The notes beneath the pieces were generated by a model, which made no database searches, was not told where the DNA came from, and saw only the letters and a list, made by a program, of their open reading frames with translations. Below are positions 50,048-58,245 of a stretch of DNA of 64,000 nt, piece by piece. How positions within the stretch are numbered: position 1 is the first letter of the stretch; every line of letters starts with the position of its first letter. A program made the position numbers and the translations under genes. Source of the DNA: Robiginitomaculum sp. (GTDB lineage Bacteria; Pseudomonadota; Alphaproteobacteria; Caulobacterales; Maricaulaceae); the NCBI GenBank assembly GCA_015485335.1, contig WFTT01000102.1, forward strand, positions 25,583 through 89,582, given 5' to 3'.

Positions 50048-50953
50048 TTAGTGCAAACCGGCCCGGGCGTACTCGCAAATGGCCTTGCCCAACCGCTGCA
50101 TATCCCGGCGAAGCGGCGTGAACCGGCTGGTTTTTTGCAAGGAGGTTTCGTCCATATACAGATCCCGGTTTATTTCAATCTGCAGGGCCTCGAAACCTTC
50201 TGCCGGTTGACCATAGCGCAAGGTGGTATAGCCCCCCGAATAGGGTGTGTTGCGCATGACCCGATATCCCATGGCGGTCAGAACATGCTCGACCCGGGCA
50301 ATCAGGCCGGGCCGACAGGTGCGTCCGTGGCCATCGCCCAGTATAAAATCCGCACTGCCCCCGGGGCAGGTCTGCGCACAACTTGACGGCATGGAATGGC
50401 AATCAATCAATATCGCCGATCCCAGGGTTTTAACCTTGTGGTTCAACAGGGCCGCCAGGGTTTCATGATAGGGCGTATGCAGATGATGCAAGCGCTCGAC
50501 CGCTTCGCTGTACGATAATTTTTGTACATAAATCGGGCGGCCCGCCGCCACCATGCGCGGGATCACCCCCAGACCCGCCATCACCCGGGCGCTTTTGCGC
50601 CGGGGCGGGGCGGGGCAATGGTCGTAATACATGTCCGTATCCAGCTCGTCCGGTGCGCGGTTCACATCCACCATGGCCCGGGGAAAATGGGCGCACAGTT
50701 GTGAGGCGCCATAGCAGGTAACCCCGGCAAACAATTCATCCACCCAGGCATCTTCGGACATGCGCAGGGTCTGGGCATCCAGCGCACTTAGCGCTTTGAA
50801 GGCTTTTGGATAGCACCGCCCGGAATGGGGCGAGGCAAACAATACCGGCGTTTCTGCAGACGGGGTAACTGTTGTAAAGGCGCGTTCCAGCTCTGGCCAT
50901 GGCATATGCCGGCTGGGTTTGATAACCGCGTCAAGCGTTCTCCAGACATTCAT
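50048..50953 (-). CDS. N-formylglutamate amidohydrolase family protein
   Basis: 301 aa with FASPHSGR, VDVNR and IDCHSMP, blocks characteristic of the FGase family. Confidence 0.85.
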   Translation of the reverse strand: MNVWRTLDAVIKPSRHMPWPELERAFTTVTPSAETPVLFASPHSGRCYPKAFKALSALDAQTLRMSEDAWVDELFAGVTCYGASQLCAHFPRAMVDVNRAPDELDTDMYYDHCPAPPRRKSARVMAGLGVIPRMVAAGRPIYVQKLSYSEAVERLHHLHTPYHETLAALLNHKVKTLGSAILIDCHSMPSSCAQTCPGGSADFILGDGHGRTCRPGLIARVEHVLTAMGYRVMRNTPYSGGYTTLRYGQPAEGFEALQIEINRDLYMDETSLQKTSRFTPLRRDMQRLGKAICEYARAGLH

Positions 50954-51106
50954 AAACAGGATTTACGCGTGGCGTTTGCCCGTCGTCAAGGGCACTGTAA
51001 AATCTCGGCTCCTTCACCACCCCTTTACCCTCTTGGGCTATGGTATTGCACAGCGACCATAAAAAAGCCTCAAAATGAGGGCGTAAACGGGTATCAGGAG
51101 TGGGAA

Positions 51107-51472
51107 ATGGCACGGATTTTATTGGCCGAGGATGATGATTCGATGAGAGGCTTTCTGGCAGGTGCGCTGGAACGCGCCGGTCATGAAGTGGTCTCTTGCG
51201 CCGATGGGGACGAAGGTCTGGATGCCCTGCGCTCCACACCGACGGACTTTGATCTGTTATTGACCGATATTGTCATGCCCGGTGTGGATGGCATCGAACT
51301 GGCCCGCAAAGCCGCTGAAAACGATAAAAACCTGAAGATCATGTTTATCACCGGCTTTGCCGCCGTGGCACTAAACCCGGGTCATCAGGCCCCCAAGGAT
51401 GCCAAAGTGCTGTCCAAACCGTTTCACCTGCGCGAACTGGTTGCCGAGGTTGAACGGGTGATGGCGGCCTGA
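51107..51472 (+). CDS. cpdR: single-domain response regulator, CpdR-like
   Basis: Start trimmed to MARILLAEDDDSMRGFL, preceded by AGGAG. Blocks LLLTDIVMPGVDGIELAR, IMFITGFAAVAL and LSKPFHLRELV closely resemble alphaproteobacterial CpdR as I recall it. Confidence 0.8.
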   Translation: MARILLAEDDDSMRGFLAGALERAGHEVVSCADGDEGLDALRSTPTDFDLLLTDIVMPGVDGIELARKAAENDKNLKIMFITGFAAVALNPGHQAPKDAKVLSKPFHLRELVAEVERVMAA

Positions 51473-51509
51473 AGGCCTCATACTGCCCACCTCAAACTGA
51501 CGCCGCCTC

Positions 51510-51538
51510 TTGCAAGGGGTCCGGCGCTTGGCTATAGA
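51510..51538 (+). promoter_or_regulatory. sigma70-like promoter for tRNA-Val
   Basis: TTGCAA, a 17-nt spacer, then TATAGA, about 33 nt upstream of the tRNA 5' end. Confidence 0.4.
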
Positions 51539-51571
51539 CGCCTCTCTTATGACAGGGACAACCTGATTATA

Positions 51572-51646
51572 GGGCGATTAGCTCAGCGGGAGAGCACTAC
51601 ATTGACATTGTAGGGGTCACTGGTTCAATCCCAGTATCGCCCACCA
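51572..51646 (+). tRNA. tRNA-Val (anticodon GAC)
   Basis: Hand-folded cloverleaf: acceptor GGGCGAT/ATCGCCC, D-stem GCTC/GAGC, anticodon stem CTACA/TGTAG, loop TTGACAT, T-loop TTCAATC. CCA is encoded. Confidence 0.95.
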
Positions 51647-51718
51647 TTTTCTATTTTCTTGTGATTTTCATCCTGAGGTGCCGCAAAGCGACCTCGAAGG
51701 ATGCGATGCTTGCGCTCG

Positions 51719-51814
51719 CTATATGAGCACGTTGTTTTTGTGCTATCGGCCTTTGGCCTATATGAGCACATTATATCTGTGCTACCGCGACGCTAAAGCT
51801 CGCTATATGAGCAC
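51719..51814 (+). repeat. three direct copies of CTATATGAGCAC (spacing 39 and 45 bp)
   Basis: Copies lie at 51719..51730, 51758..51769 and 51803..51814. The first two are followed by GAGCAC-N9-GTGCTA hairpins. Confidence 0.75.
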
Positions 51815-51892
51815 ATGGCCTTCTTTTCAAATGGTTCGATTTTACCCCTGTTAAACGCGATGGGGATAAACCCGTTTTATCCCCGCCACTTT

Positions 51893-52007
51893 AGGGGCAG
51901 TGAGGGGTAAATGAGGGACGTTTCAGGGTCTGTTTTCTTCTCTTCAGGGGTATTTAAGGGGTAAGTGATGGATGACCTAGGGGTAAGCCTTACCCCTCAT
52001 TGCCCCT
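51893..52007. repeat. 115-bp unit bounded by 18-bp inverted repeats (17/18), rich in AGGGGTAA motifs
   Basis: AGGGGCAGTGAGGGGTAA (51893..51910) matches the reverse complement of TTACCCCTCATTGCCCCT (51990..52007). The interior has further AGGGGTAA copies and the hairpin AGGGGTAA-GCC-TTACCCCT. Confidence 0.6.
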
Positions 52008-52544
52008 CAAACGTGTTATGCGGGGGATAATTCCTCCGTGTCATCCCGGACTTGATCCGGGATCCATACTGAATCCATACGCAAATGGACCGGCACAATG
52101 GATCCCGGATAACCTGACGGCTTCCGGGATGACACGTTTGGTTTTGAGAATGGTGGATAGAAAAACCTTATCCCACATCGGCGCAGGTAGGGTATGATGT
52201 TTCCATACTTCGAGGTCCTTCGTCGGTACTGCGCACCGCCTCAGGACACCTCAGTATGAGGTCAGCATTTTATTCTCCGCCTCATCCCCGGATCCAGTCC
52301 GGGGCAGGCACTGAGGTGCGAACGAAGAGAGCCTCGAAGGATGGAGAACCCAAACCTTGGTCTCCGGGCGAAGACCCGGGGCCCATCATAGAATGAAATG
52401 CAGTCTGGATCCCGGATAAGGCCGACGCCTTTCCGGGAACCCTGAGGAGAAAAGAATACACCTCATCCTGAGCCTGTCGAAGGATGAAGGGAAAAAACCC
52501 AGGGTCTGAGAACCTAAAAAAATGGAAAAAGAACAACCAGCCCA

Positions 52545-52982
52545 TCAACGAGAGGTACCAAGCGCGGCCTTTACGGCATCCACCACCGCCTCAAAGGGCA
52601 AAAGCGCCGATTGATGGCGTTGCGGATAATCCTTGACCGCGGCCAGGGTGCTTAGGTCGGCAAAGCGTCCCTTGGGCGGCGGTGCGCCTTCCTTGACCAT
52701 GGCGCGAAAACCATCACGGGCAGCAGTTAGCTCATCCAGATCGGCACCAATGACATTTTGGCCCAATATAGCCGAGGCCGCCTGACCCAATGCACAGGCC
52801 TTGACCTCCTGGGCAAAATCGCTGACCCGGCCCTGATCGTCCAGGTGCACCTGTACGCCAACTTTTGAGCCGCACAGCCGGGCCGATTTTTCGGCCACCC
52901 CATCCGGATTGTTCAGCGTCCCCAGATGGGGAATGCCCGCGGCCAGGGTCAAAATGGCGGTGTTATAAAGGTCGTGATCCAT
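52545..52982 (-). CDS. NifU/IscU-like Fe-S cluster scaffold family protein
   Basis: Start trimmed to MDHDLYNTAILTLAAG. Conserved Cys residues in ARLCGSKV and VKACALGQAAS. 145 aa. Lies 19 bp downstream of cysS. Confidence 0.7.
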   Translation of the reverse strand: MDHDLYNTAILTLAAGIPHLGTLNNPDGVAEKSARLCGSKVGVQVHLDDQGRVSDFAQEVKACALGQAASAILGQNVIGADLDELTAARDGFRAMVKEGAPPPKGRFADLSTLAAVKDYPQRHQSALLPFEAVVDAVKAALGTSR

Positions 52983-53001
52983 CACCAAGATATAGGCGCA
53001 A

Positions 53002-54390
53002 TTATTGGCGGCGCCAGATGCTGTGCCCGTCCTTGTCCTCAATCACGATCTTCATTTCGGAAAGAACATCGCGGATACGATCGGCCTCGCCCCAATCCTT
53101 GTCCTTGCGGGCCTGCACCCGGGCGGCGACCAGCTTGTCGATGGCTGCGGCATCCAGATCTTTGTCGCCAAGGCCTTTATCGCTTTTGAACCAGACCTCT
53201 GGCTCGACCTCAAAAAGGCCGAGCAAAGCTCCAACGGCCATCATTTCGCCTTTGAGCTGAGCTTTTTCACTTTCTTTTTCGGCCTTATTGGCCAATGTTG
53301 CCAGGGTGGACAGTTTGGCCAGCGCCTGGGGCGTGTTCAGGTCATCATAAAGGGCGGCCATAAAACGGGCCGGTGCCGGTACCTTGGCGGCTTTGACATC
53401 GCCAAGGCGGCGCAAGGTGCCATAATAACGATCCAGCGTGGTTTTGGCCTGTTCCAGCAAACTGCCGGTCCAATCCAGTGGTGCCCGGTAATGGGCCGAA
53501 AGCAGCGCAAAGCGCAGCACTTCGCCATGCCAGTCCCGGAGCAGTTCGTGAATGAGCTTCACATTGCCAAGGCTTTTGGACATTTTCTCACTGTCCATAT
53601 CCAAAAAGCCATTATGCAGCCAATAGTTCGCCAGCCGTTTGCCATCATGAGAGCACATGGATTGCGCCCGCTCATTTTCATGGTGCGGGAATATCAGGTC
53701 TTGCCCACCGGCGTGAATGTCGATGCGCGTGCCCAGCACCGCCTCGATCATTGCCGAACATTCCAGATGCCAACCCGGACGGCCGCGTCCCCAGGGACTT
53801 TTCCAGCCCGGATCATTGTCGTCCGCCGGTTTCCACAACACAAAGTCCGCCGGGTTGCGTTTATAGGCGGCCACTTCGACCCGTGCCCCGGCGACCATGT
53901 CTTTTAATTTGCGACGCGACAATGCGCCATAACTGTCAAAGCTGGTTACATCAAACAGCACATGACCTTCTGCCTCATAGGCATTGCCGGCCTCGATCAG
54001 GCGCTGTACCAGCGCGATCATTTCTTTCATATGGCCGGTGGCGGTGGGCTCGAAATCAGGTTTTAGGACATTCAGCGCTGCCGTATCTTCACGGTAAATG
54101 CGGGTAAACTTGTCGGTGATGACATCAATGGTCACGCCCTCAGCCTTGGCGGCGGCGTTAATCTTGTCATCCACATCGGTAATATTGCGGGCATAGACCA
54201 CGTGGTCCTTGCCATATTCGGCACGCAGCAAACGATACAGCACATCATAAACCACTGCCGGGCGGGCATTGCCGATATGGGCATAAGAATACACCGTCGG
54301 CCCACACAGATACATGGTCACGCGCGTTTTGTCGGCGGGATGGAATTCGCGTTTCTGGCGCGAATATGTATCATAAAGTTGAATGGTCAT
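53002..54390 (-). CDS. cysS: cysteine--tRNA ligase
   Basis: Start trimmed to MTIQLYDTYSRQKREF. HIGN motif (YAHIGNARP) and KMSKS motif (EKMSKSLGN). 462 aa. Confidence 0.96.
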   Translation of the reverse strand: MTIQLYDTYSRQKREFHPADKTRVTMYLCGPTVYSYAHIGNARPAVVYDVLYRLLRAEYGKDHVVYARNITDVDDKINAAAKAEGVTIDVITDKFTRIYREDTAALNVLKPDFEPTATGHMKEMIALVQRLIEAGNAYEAEGHVLFDVTSFDSYGALSRRKLKDMVAGARVEVAAYKRNPADFVLWKPADDNDPGWKSPWGRGRPGWHLECSAMIEAVLGTRIDIHAGGQDLIFPHHENERAQSMCSHDGKRLANYWLHNGFLDMDSEKMSKSLGNVKLIHELLRDWHGEVLRFALLSAHYRAPLDWTGSLLEQAKTTLDRYYGTLRRLGDVKAAKVPAPARFMAALYDDLNTPQALAKLSTLATLANKAEKESEKAQLKGEMMAVGALLGLFEVEPEVWFKSDKGLGDKDLDAAAIDKLVAARVQARKDKDWGEADRIRDVLSEMKIVIEDKDGHSIWRRQ

Positions 54391-54567
54391 AACCTTGGTA
54401 TTTCTCAATTTTGTATCTGGAACTGGCTTCAATACGCATTTGCGCCAATTGTGCAATGGGGCTCTACAGGCTTTGCCCTCACGAGGTGTTCACGAAACCC
54501 TGAAACATATGGGGTTGAAGGTACATAAATTCAGCCCTAACTTGAAAAGGTCAAACATGACTTCACA

Positions 54568-54631
54568 GGGTGGGCGTTAAGCCCGGATGAACCGGCTCGA
54601 CCCCCTCCCCCGCAATCTTCGGGGATTTTCC
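54568..54631 (+). promoter_or_regulatory. structured folE leader with SD-sequestering hairpin (riboswitch candidate)
   Basis: GGGUGGG can pair with the CCCUCCC tract. A CGUUAAG segment is present. The hairpin CCCCG-CAAUCUU-CGGGG (54608..54624) occludes the GGGGA SD located 7 nt upstream of the ATG at 54632. Confidence 0.3.
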
Positions 54632-55255
54632 ATGGATGCTTATACCAACAAGGCCGCTACTTTGCGCGCCATAAATGAAACACCGGCCAAGCCAAGTCAG
54701 GCCGAGGCCGAGGCCGCCGTGCGCACATTGCTGGCCTGGGCCGGCGATGATCCGACCCGCGAAGGCCTTTTGGATACGCCCAGGCGGGTGACCAAGGCCT
54801 TTGGCGAATGGTTTGCCGGCTATCAGGGCGATGCCGAAGAGATTTTATCGCGCACGTTCGAGGAAGTTTCGGGCTATGACGATATTGTCATGCTGCGCAA
54901 TATCGAAGTGCAAAGCCATTGCGAACACCACATGGCTCCGTTTATGGGGGTTGCCCATGTGGCCTATCTGCCCGTGGACCGGGTGGTGGGTCTTTCCAAA
55001 ATTGCCCGTCTGGTAGAAATGTATGCCAAGCGCTTGCAGACCCAGGAAAACCTGACCGCACAGATCACCAAAGCCATGATGGATGCGTTGCGCCCACGGG
55101 GGGTGGCAGTGATGATCACTGCCGAGCACCAGTGCATGTCCACCCGCGGCGTGCATCATGGCGGGGTGGATACGGTGACCACTCGTTTTGACGGTGTATT
55201 CAAGGATTGCGCCGAAATGCGCGAGCGTTTCCTGCGTCTGGCGGAAAAGGCCTGA
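54632..55255 (+). CDS. folE: GTP cyclohydrolase I (FolE, type 1)
   Basis: Blocks [19 protein letters not shown] and HQCMSTRGV. The start at MDAYTNK is preferred over the ATG at 54587 because of the SD. Confidence 0.92.
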   Translation: MDAYTNKAATLRAINETPAKPSQAEAEAAVRTLLAWAGDDPTREGLLDTPRRVTKAFGEWFAGYQGDAEEILSRTFEEVSGYDDIVMLRNIEVQSHCEHHMAPFMGVAHVAYLPVDRVVGLSKIARLVEMYAKRLQTQENLTAQITKAMMDALRPRGVAVMITAEHQCMSTRGVHHGGVDTVTTRFDGVFKDCAEMRERFLRLAEKA

Positions 55256-55263
55256 GGGTTCAG

Positions 55264-55331
55264 GGTTCCCGGGCGAAGACCCGGAAACAACATACAGGAT
55301 TGGCTGGACCCCGGATCAAGTCCGGGGATCC
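55264..55331. repeat. short palindromic interspersed repeats (units W and Y reversed), locus C
   Basis: The two units are CCCGGGCGAAGACCCGG (55268..55284) and GGACCCCGGATCAAGTCCGGGGATCC (55307..55331). They lie between the convergent folE and rluD. Confidence 0.75.
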
Positions 55332-55347
55332 TGCGCTATTTCCCTTC

Positions 55348-56367
55348 CTAAAGCCCTTCCAGAAAACCGATCAGCCTTTGCATGTCTTCGGGTGGCGGGG
55401 TTTCAAAGCGCAAGGTTTCTTTGCTGACCGGATGGGTGAAGCCCAAAATGGTGGCGTGCAGGGCCTGGCGGCTGAAATCCTTTAGGGTTTCGCCTTGTGC
55501 ATTGGTGATTTTGCGAAAGGTACGGGCCTTACCATAAACCGGATCACCCAATAGCGGACAGCCAATATGGGCCATATGCACGCGGATCTGGTGGGTGCGC
55601 CCGGTCAGCAGACGGCATTCCACCATGCTGGCCGCCGGACTGCCCACGGGTTGGCCCGGTTCGCGGCCATAGCTGTGTAAAACCTTGTAATTGGTGATGG
55701 CGTGGCGGCCATGTTCGGATCGTGGATCACGCACCACCGCCTGTTTTTTGCGATCATGTTGCGATCGTGCCAGACGGGTTTCAATGCGCCCCTCTTTTGG
55801 TTTGGGGCCGCCGCGCACCAGCGCCAGATAGGCACGCTCGACCGAGTGGGCGGCAAATTGCTTGCTTAGCCCCTGATGCGCCCGGTCGGTCTTGGCCACC
55901 ACCATAACGCCCGAGGTATCCTTGTCTATGCGGTGCACAATACCCGGGCGCTCCACCCCGCCAATACCGCTCAGCTGGCCGGCGCAATGATGCAGCAGCG
56001 CATTGACCAATGTGCCGGTCCAATTGCCCGCCGCCGGGTGAACGGTCATGCCGATTTCTTTTTCCAGCACGATCAAATGCTCATCCTCGTAAAGAATGTT
56101 CAAAGGAATGTCTTCGGCCTCAGGCGTGGCGGCACGTGGTGCCGGCAGGTCCAGCACATAACGCGCCCCGGGGCGCAGCTTGGCCGATGGATCTGTGATG
56201 ACCATTTCATCCAGACGCAGACGGCCCTCTTCGATCAGGGCTTTGAGGCGCGAACGGGACAGATCCTCCAGCGCACCGGCCAGGTATTTGTCCAGCCGCC
56301 CGGGCGGCTGGTCTTCGGGCACATCGATATACTGTGCGCCGGGCGTTGTTTTGGGGTCATGGGTCAT
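55348..56367 (-). CDS. rluD: 23S rRNA pseudouridine synthase, RluD family
   Basis: N-terminal S4 domain (GRLDKYLA..SRSRLK). Catalytic HRIDKDTSG motif. 339 aa. Confidence 0.88.
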   Translation of the reverse strand: MTHDPKTTPGAQYIDVPEDQPPGRLDKYLAGALEDLSRSRLKALIEEGRLRLDEMVITDPSAKLRPGARYVLDLPAPRAATPEAEDIPLNILYEDEHLIVLEKEIGMTVHPAAGNWTGTLVNALLHHCAGQLSGIGGVERPGIVHRIDKDTSGVMVVAKTDRAHQGLSKQFAAHSVERAYLALVRGGPKPKEGRIETRLARSQHDRKKQAVVRDPRSEHGRHAITNYKVLHSYGREPGQPVGSPAASMVECRLLTGRTHQIRVHMAHIGCPLLGDPVYGKARTFRKITNAQGETLKDFSRQALHATILGFTHPVSKETLRFETPPPEDMQRLIGFLEGL

Positions 56368-56411
56368 GGCTATGGATTAGAGGCGCAAGAACCGCTAAGC
56401 AAGGGCAGGTT

Positions 56412-58166
56412 ATGAGTGAGGCAATTGTGCAAAAAGAAAACAATCCCAAATCCGGTGCCGGCAAAATCACCCGGCGCAGCGCCCTGGCCCTGACCGGCGT
56501 AGGCGGGGCGCTGGCAGCCTGTGGACAACAAAAACCCACGGCGCGCCAGGATGATCGCAAAAATGGATTTTTCCGCCATGGGGTGGCCAGTGGTGATCCC
56601 CTGCAGACCCGTGTAATTTTATGGACCGCCATCGTAGCGGACGGTATGCCGGCCACGATCACGGCAGAGGTCAGCACAGATCCGGACTTTGCCAATATTG
56701 TCTGGTCTGCCCCGGTACCGGTTCGCTCGGCATTAATGGTGAACGGCATTGTTCCTTTGAAAACCGAGGCCGTGGGCCTTAATCCCGGCACGGATTATTT
56801 TTACCGCTTTCGCGAAAAGGGCGGCGAAGTTTCGCCCCTTGGGCGCACCAAAACACTTAGCGATGGTCCGATGGATGAACTGACCATGGTGCTGGTATCG
56901 TGCTCGAACCATCCGGCGGGGTATTTCCATTCCTATCGCCATATTGCCCAAAGCGATCCGGTGGATGTGGTGGTGCATCTGGGCGATTATATTTATGAAT
57001 ACGGCCCGGGCGGCTTTGCCACCCAGGATGCCGAGGCGCTTGGCCGGGTGCCCGAACCACCCCATGAATGTATCAGCCTGGATGATTATCGCCGCCGTTA
57101 TGCGCAATATCACCGCGATCCGGACCTACAGGCGGCCCATGCCGCCGCGCCCTGGATCATCACTTGGGATGATCATGAAAGCGCCAATGACAGCTGGACC
57201 GGCGGGGCGCAAAACCATCAGCGTGAAGACGGTGACTGGGCAACCCGTGAAGCGGCATCTTTGAGCGCGTTTTATGAATGGACCCCCACCCGCGAACCGG
57301 CCCCGGGTCAACCCCGGTCGGCGTTTTGGCGCGAATTTGTCTTTGGCGATCTGGCCACCTTGACCATGCTGGAAACCCGCCTGACGGCACGCTCTGAACA
57401 GGTAGATTGGAAATTGTTCCCGGTAGCTGCCGATGCCGACCCCGAGGATCCTGCGGTCAAGGCCAAGGTCGCCGGCTTCGTCAACAATCTGGTTGGCGAT
57501 CCGAACCGGCGCATGCTTGGCGATCAACAGGGCGATTTTGTCGAGGCCAGTTTCAAACGCTCGGTCGAGGCTGGCCAACCCTGGCAATTGCTGGGCAATC
57601 AGGTCTTGCTCGCCAAAATCAACTCTCCCAATTATATTGATGTTCTGCCGGGCTGGCTGAAATGGCTGGCCAAAAAGAAACAGCCCTTATTGTTTGAATA
57701 CTTCCTGCGCTCGCGCTTTCGCCCGCCGCTGAACATTGATGCCTGGGACGGTTATCCGGCGGCCCGCGAACGACTTTACAATCGTGCCCGGCGCGCCGGG
57801 GCCAGCTTTATCTCCTTGGCCGGGGACACCCATGATTTCAATGCTTCCCGGTTGCGCGCCGCAGATGGCCAGATTGTTGGCGCAGAGCTGGGTACCACCG
57901 GAGTTTCCAGCCCCGGTAATTTTGCCGATGTGGTGGCCCCGGGGGTGGATTTTGGCCGCCTGACCGAAGCGGCCAACCCGGATACCATTTTGCATGATGT
58001 GCACCATACGGGCTATATCCGCCTGACCCTGCGCCCCGATGAAGCGGTGGCGGATTATGTCTCGACCTCCAGCGTTAAACAGCCAGACTTCACCACTAAA
58101 ATTCATGATCGTTTTCGCCTGAAACCAGCCCAAAAAGGTGGTGCCGTTACCTTGGAGAAAATATAA
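56412..58166 (+). CDS. phoD: PhoD-family alkaline phosphatase/phosphodiesterase, Tat-exported
   Basis: Start trimmed to MSEAIVQ.. with the twin-arginine signal ITRRSALALTG. PhoD metallophosphatase blocks (HLGDYIYEY, WDDHE, GDTHD). Confidence 0.9.
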   Translation: MSEAIVQKENNPKSGAGKITRRSALALTGVGGALAACGQQKPTARQDDRKNGFFRHGVASGDPLQTRVILWTAIVADGMPATITAEVSTDPDFANIVWSAPVPVRSALMVNGIVPLKTEAVGLNPGTDYFYRFREKGGEVSPLGRTKTLSDGPMDELTMVLVSCSNHPAGYFHSYRHIAQSDPVDVVVHLGDYIYEYGPGGFATQDAEALGRVPEPPHECISLDDYRRRYAQYHRDPDLQAAHAAAPWIITWDDHESANDSWTGGAQNHQREDGDWATREAASLSAFYEWTPTREPAPGQPRSAFWREFVFGDLATLTMLETRLTARSEQVDWKLFPVAADADPEDPAVKAKVAGFVNNLVGDPNRRMLGDQQGDFVEASFKRSVEAGQPWQLLGNQVLLAKINSPNYIDVLPGWLKWLAKKKQPLLFEYFLRSRFRPPLNIDAWDGYPAARERLYNRARRAGASFISLAGDTHDFNASRLRAADGQIVGAELGTTGVSSPGNFADVVAPGVDFGRLTEAANPDTILHDVHHTGYIRLTLRPDEAVADYVSTSSVKQPDFTTKIHDRFRLKPAQKGGAVTLEKI

Positions 58167-58245
58167 TAGGACCGGCCCCCTAATCTCTTTGGTGCTTTCT
58201 TAAAGTTTAGCATGTCCCATGGGGGTTTAACCTCAGGGGATTGCC

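Larger units (their letters stand above)
51668..52490. repeat. dense cluster of at least four short palindromic repeat families (X, Y, Z, W) in a gene-free tract
   Basis: X: CATCCTGAGG..CCTCGAAGGATG at 51668, 52204 (reversed), 52311 and 52461. Y: TCCCGGACTTGATCCGGGA at 52037 and 52286. Z: GGATCCCGGATAAGGC..CCTTTCCGGGA at 52100 and 52407. W: CCGGGCGAAGACCCGG at 52364. Confidence 0.8.

Noticed and set aside
50954-51106. CtrA box (TTAA-N7-TTAA) upstream of the cpdR-like gene
   Set aside because: No TTAA-N7-TTAA element is present in the 153-bp upstream region.
51719-51814. CRISPR array
   Set aside because: There are only three copies of a 12-bp repeat with unequal 27-33-bp intervals. No cas genes are present, and the repeats are too short for a CRISPR.
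52000-52548. Small ORFs 52000..52197 (+) and 52282..52548 (-) in the repeat tract
   Set aside because: Their translations (for example CHPGLDPGS, SGIQTAF, LRQAQDE) are simply the palindromic repeat units read through. They have no SD or start context and no coding periodicity.
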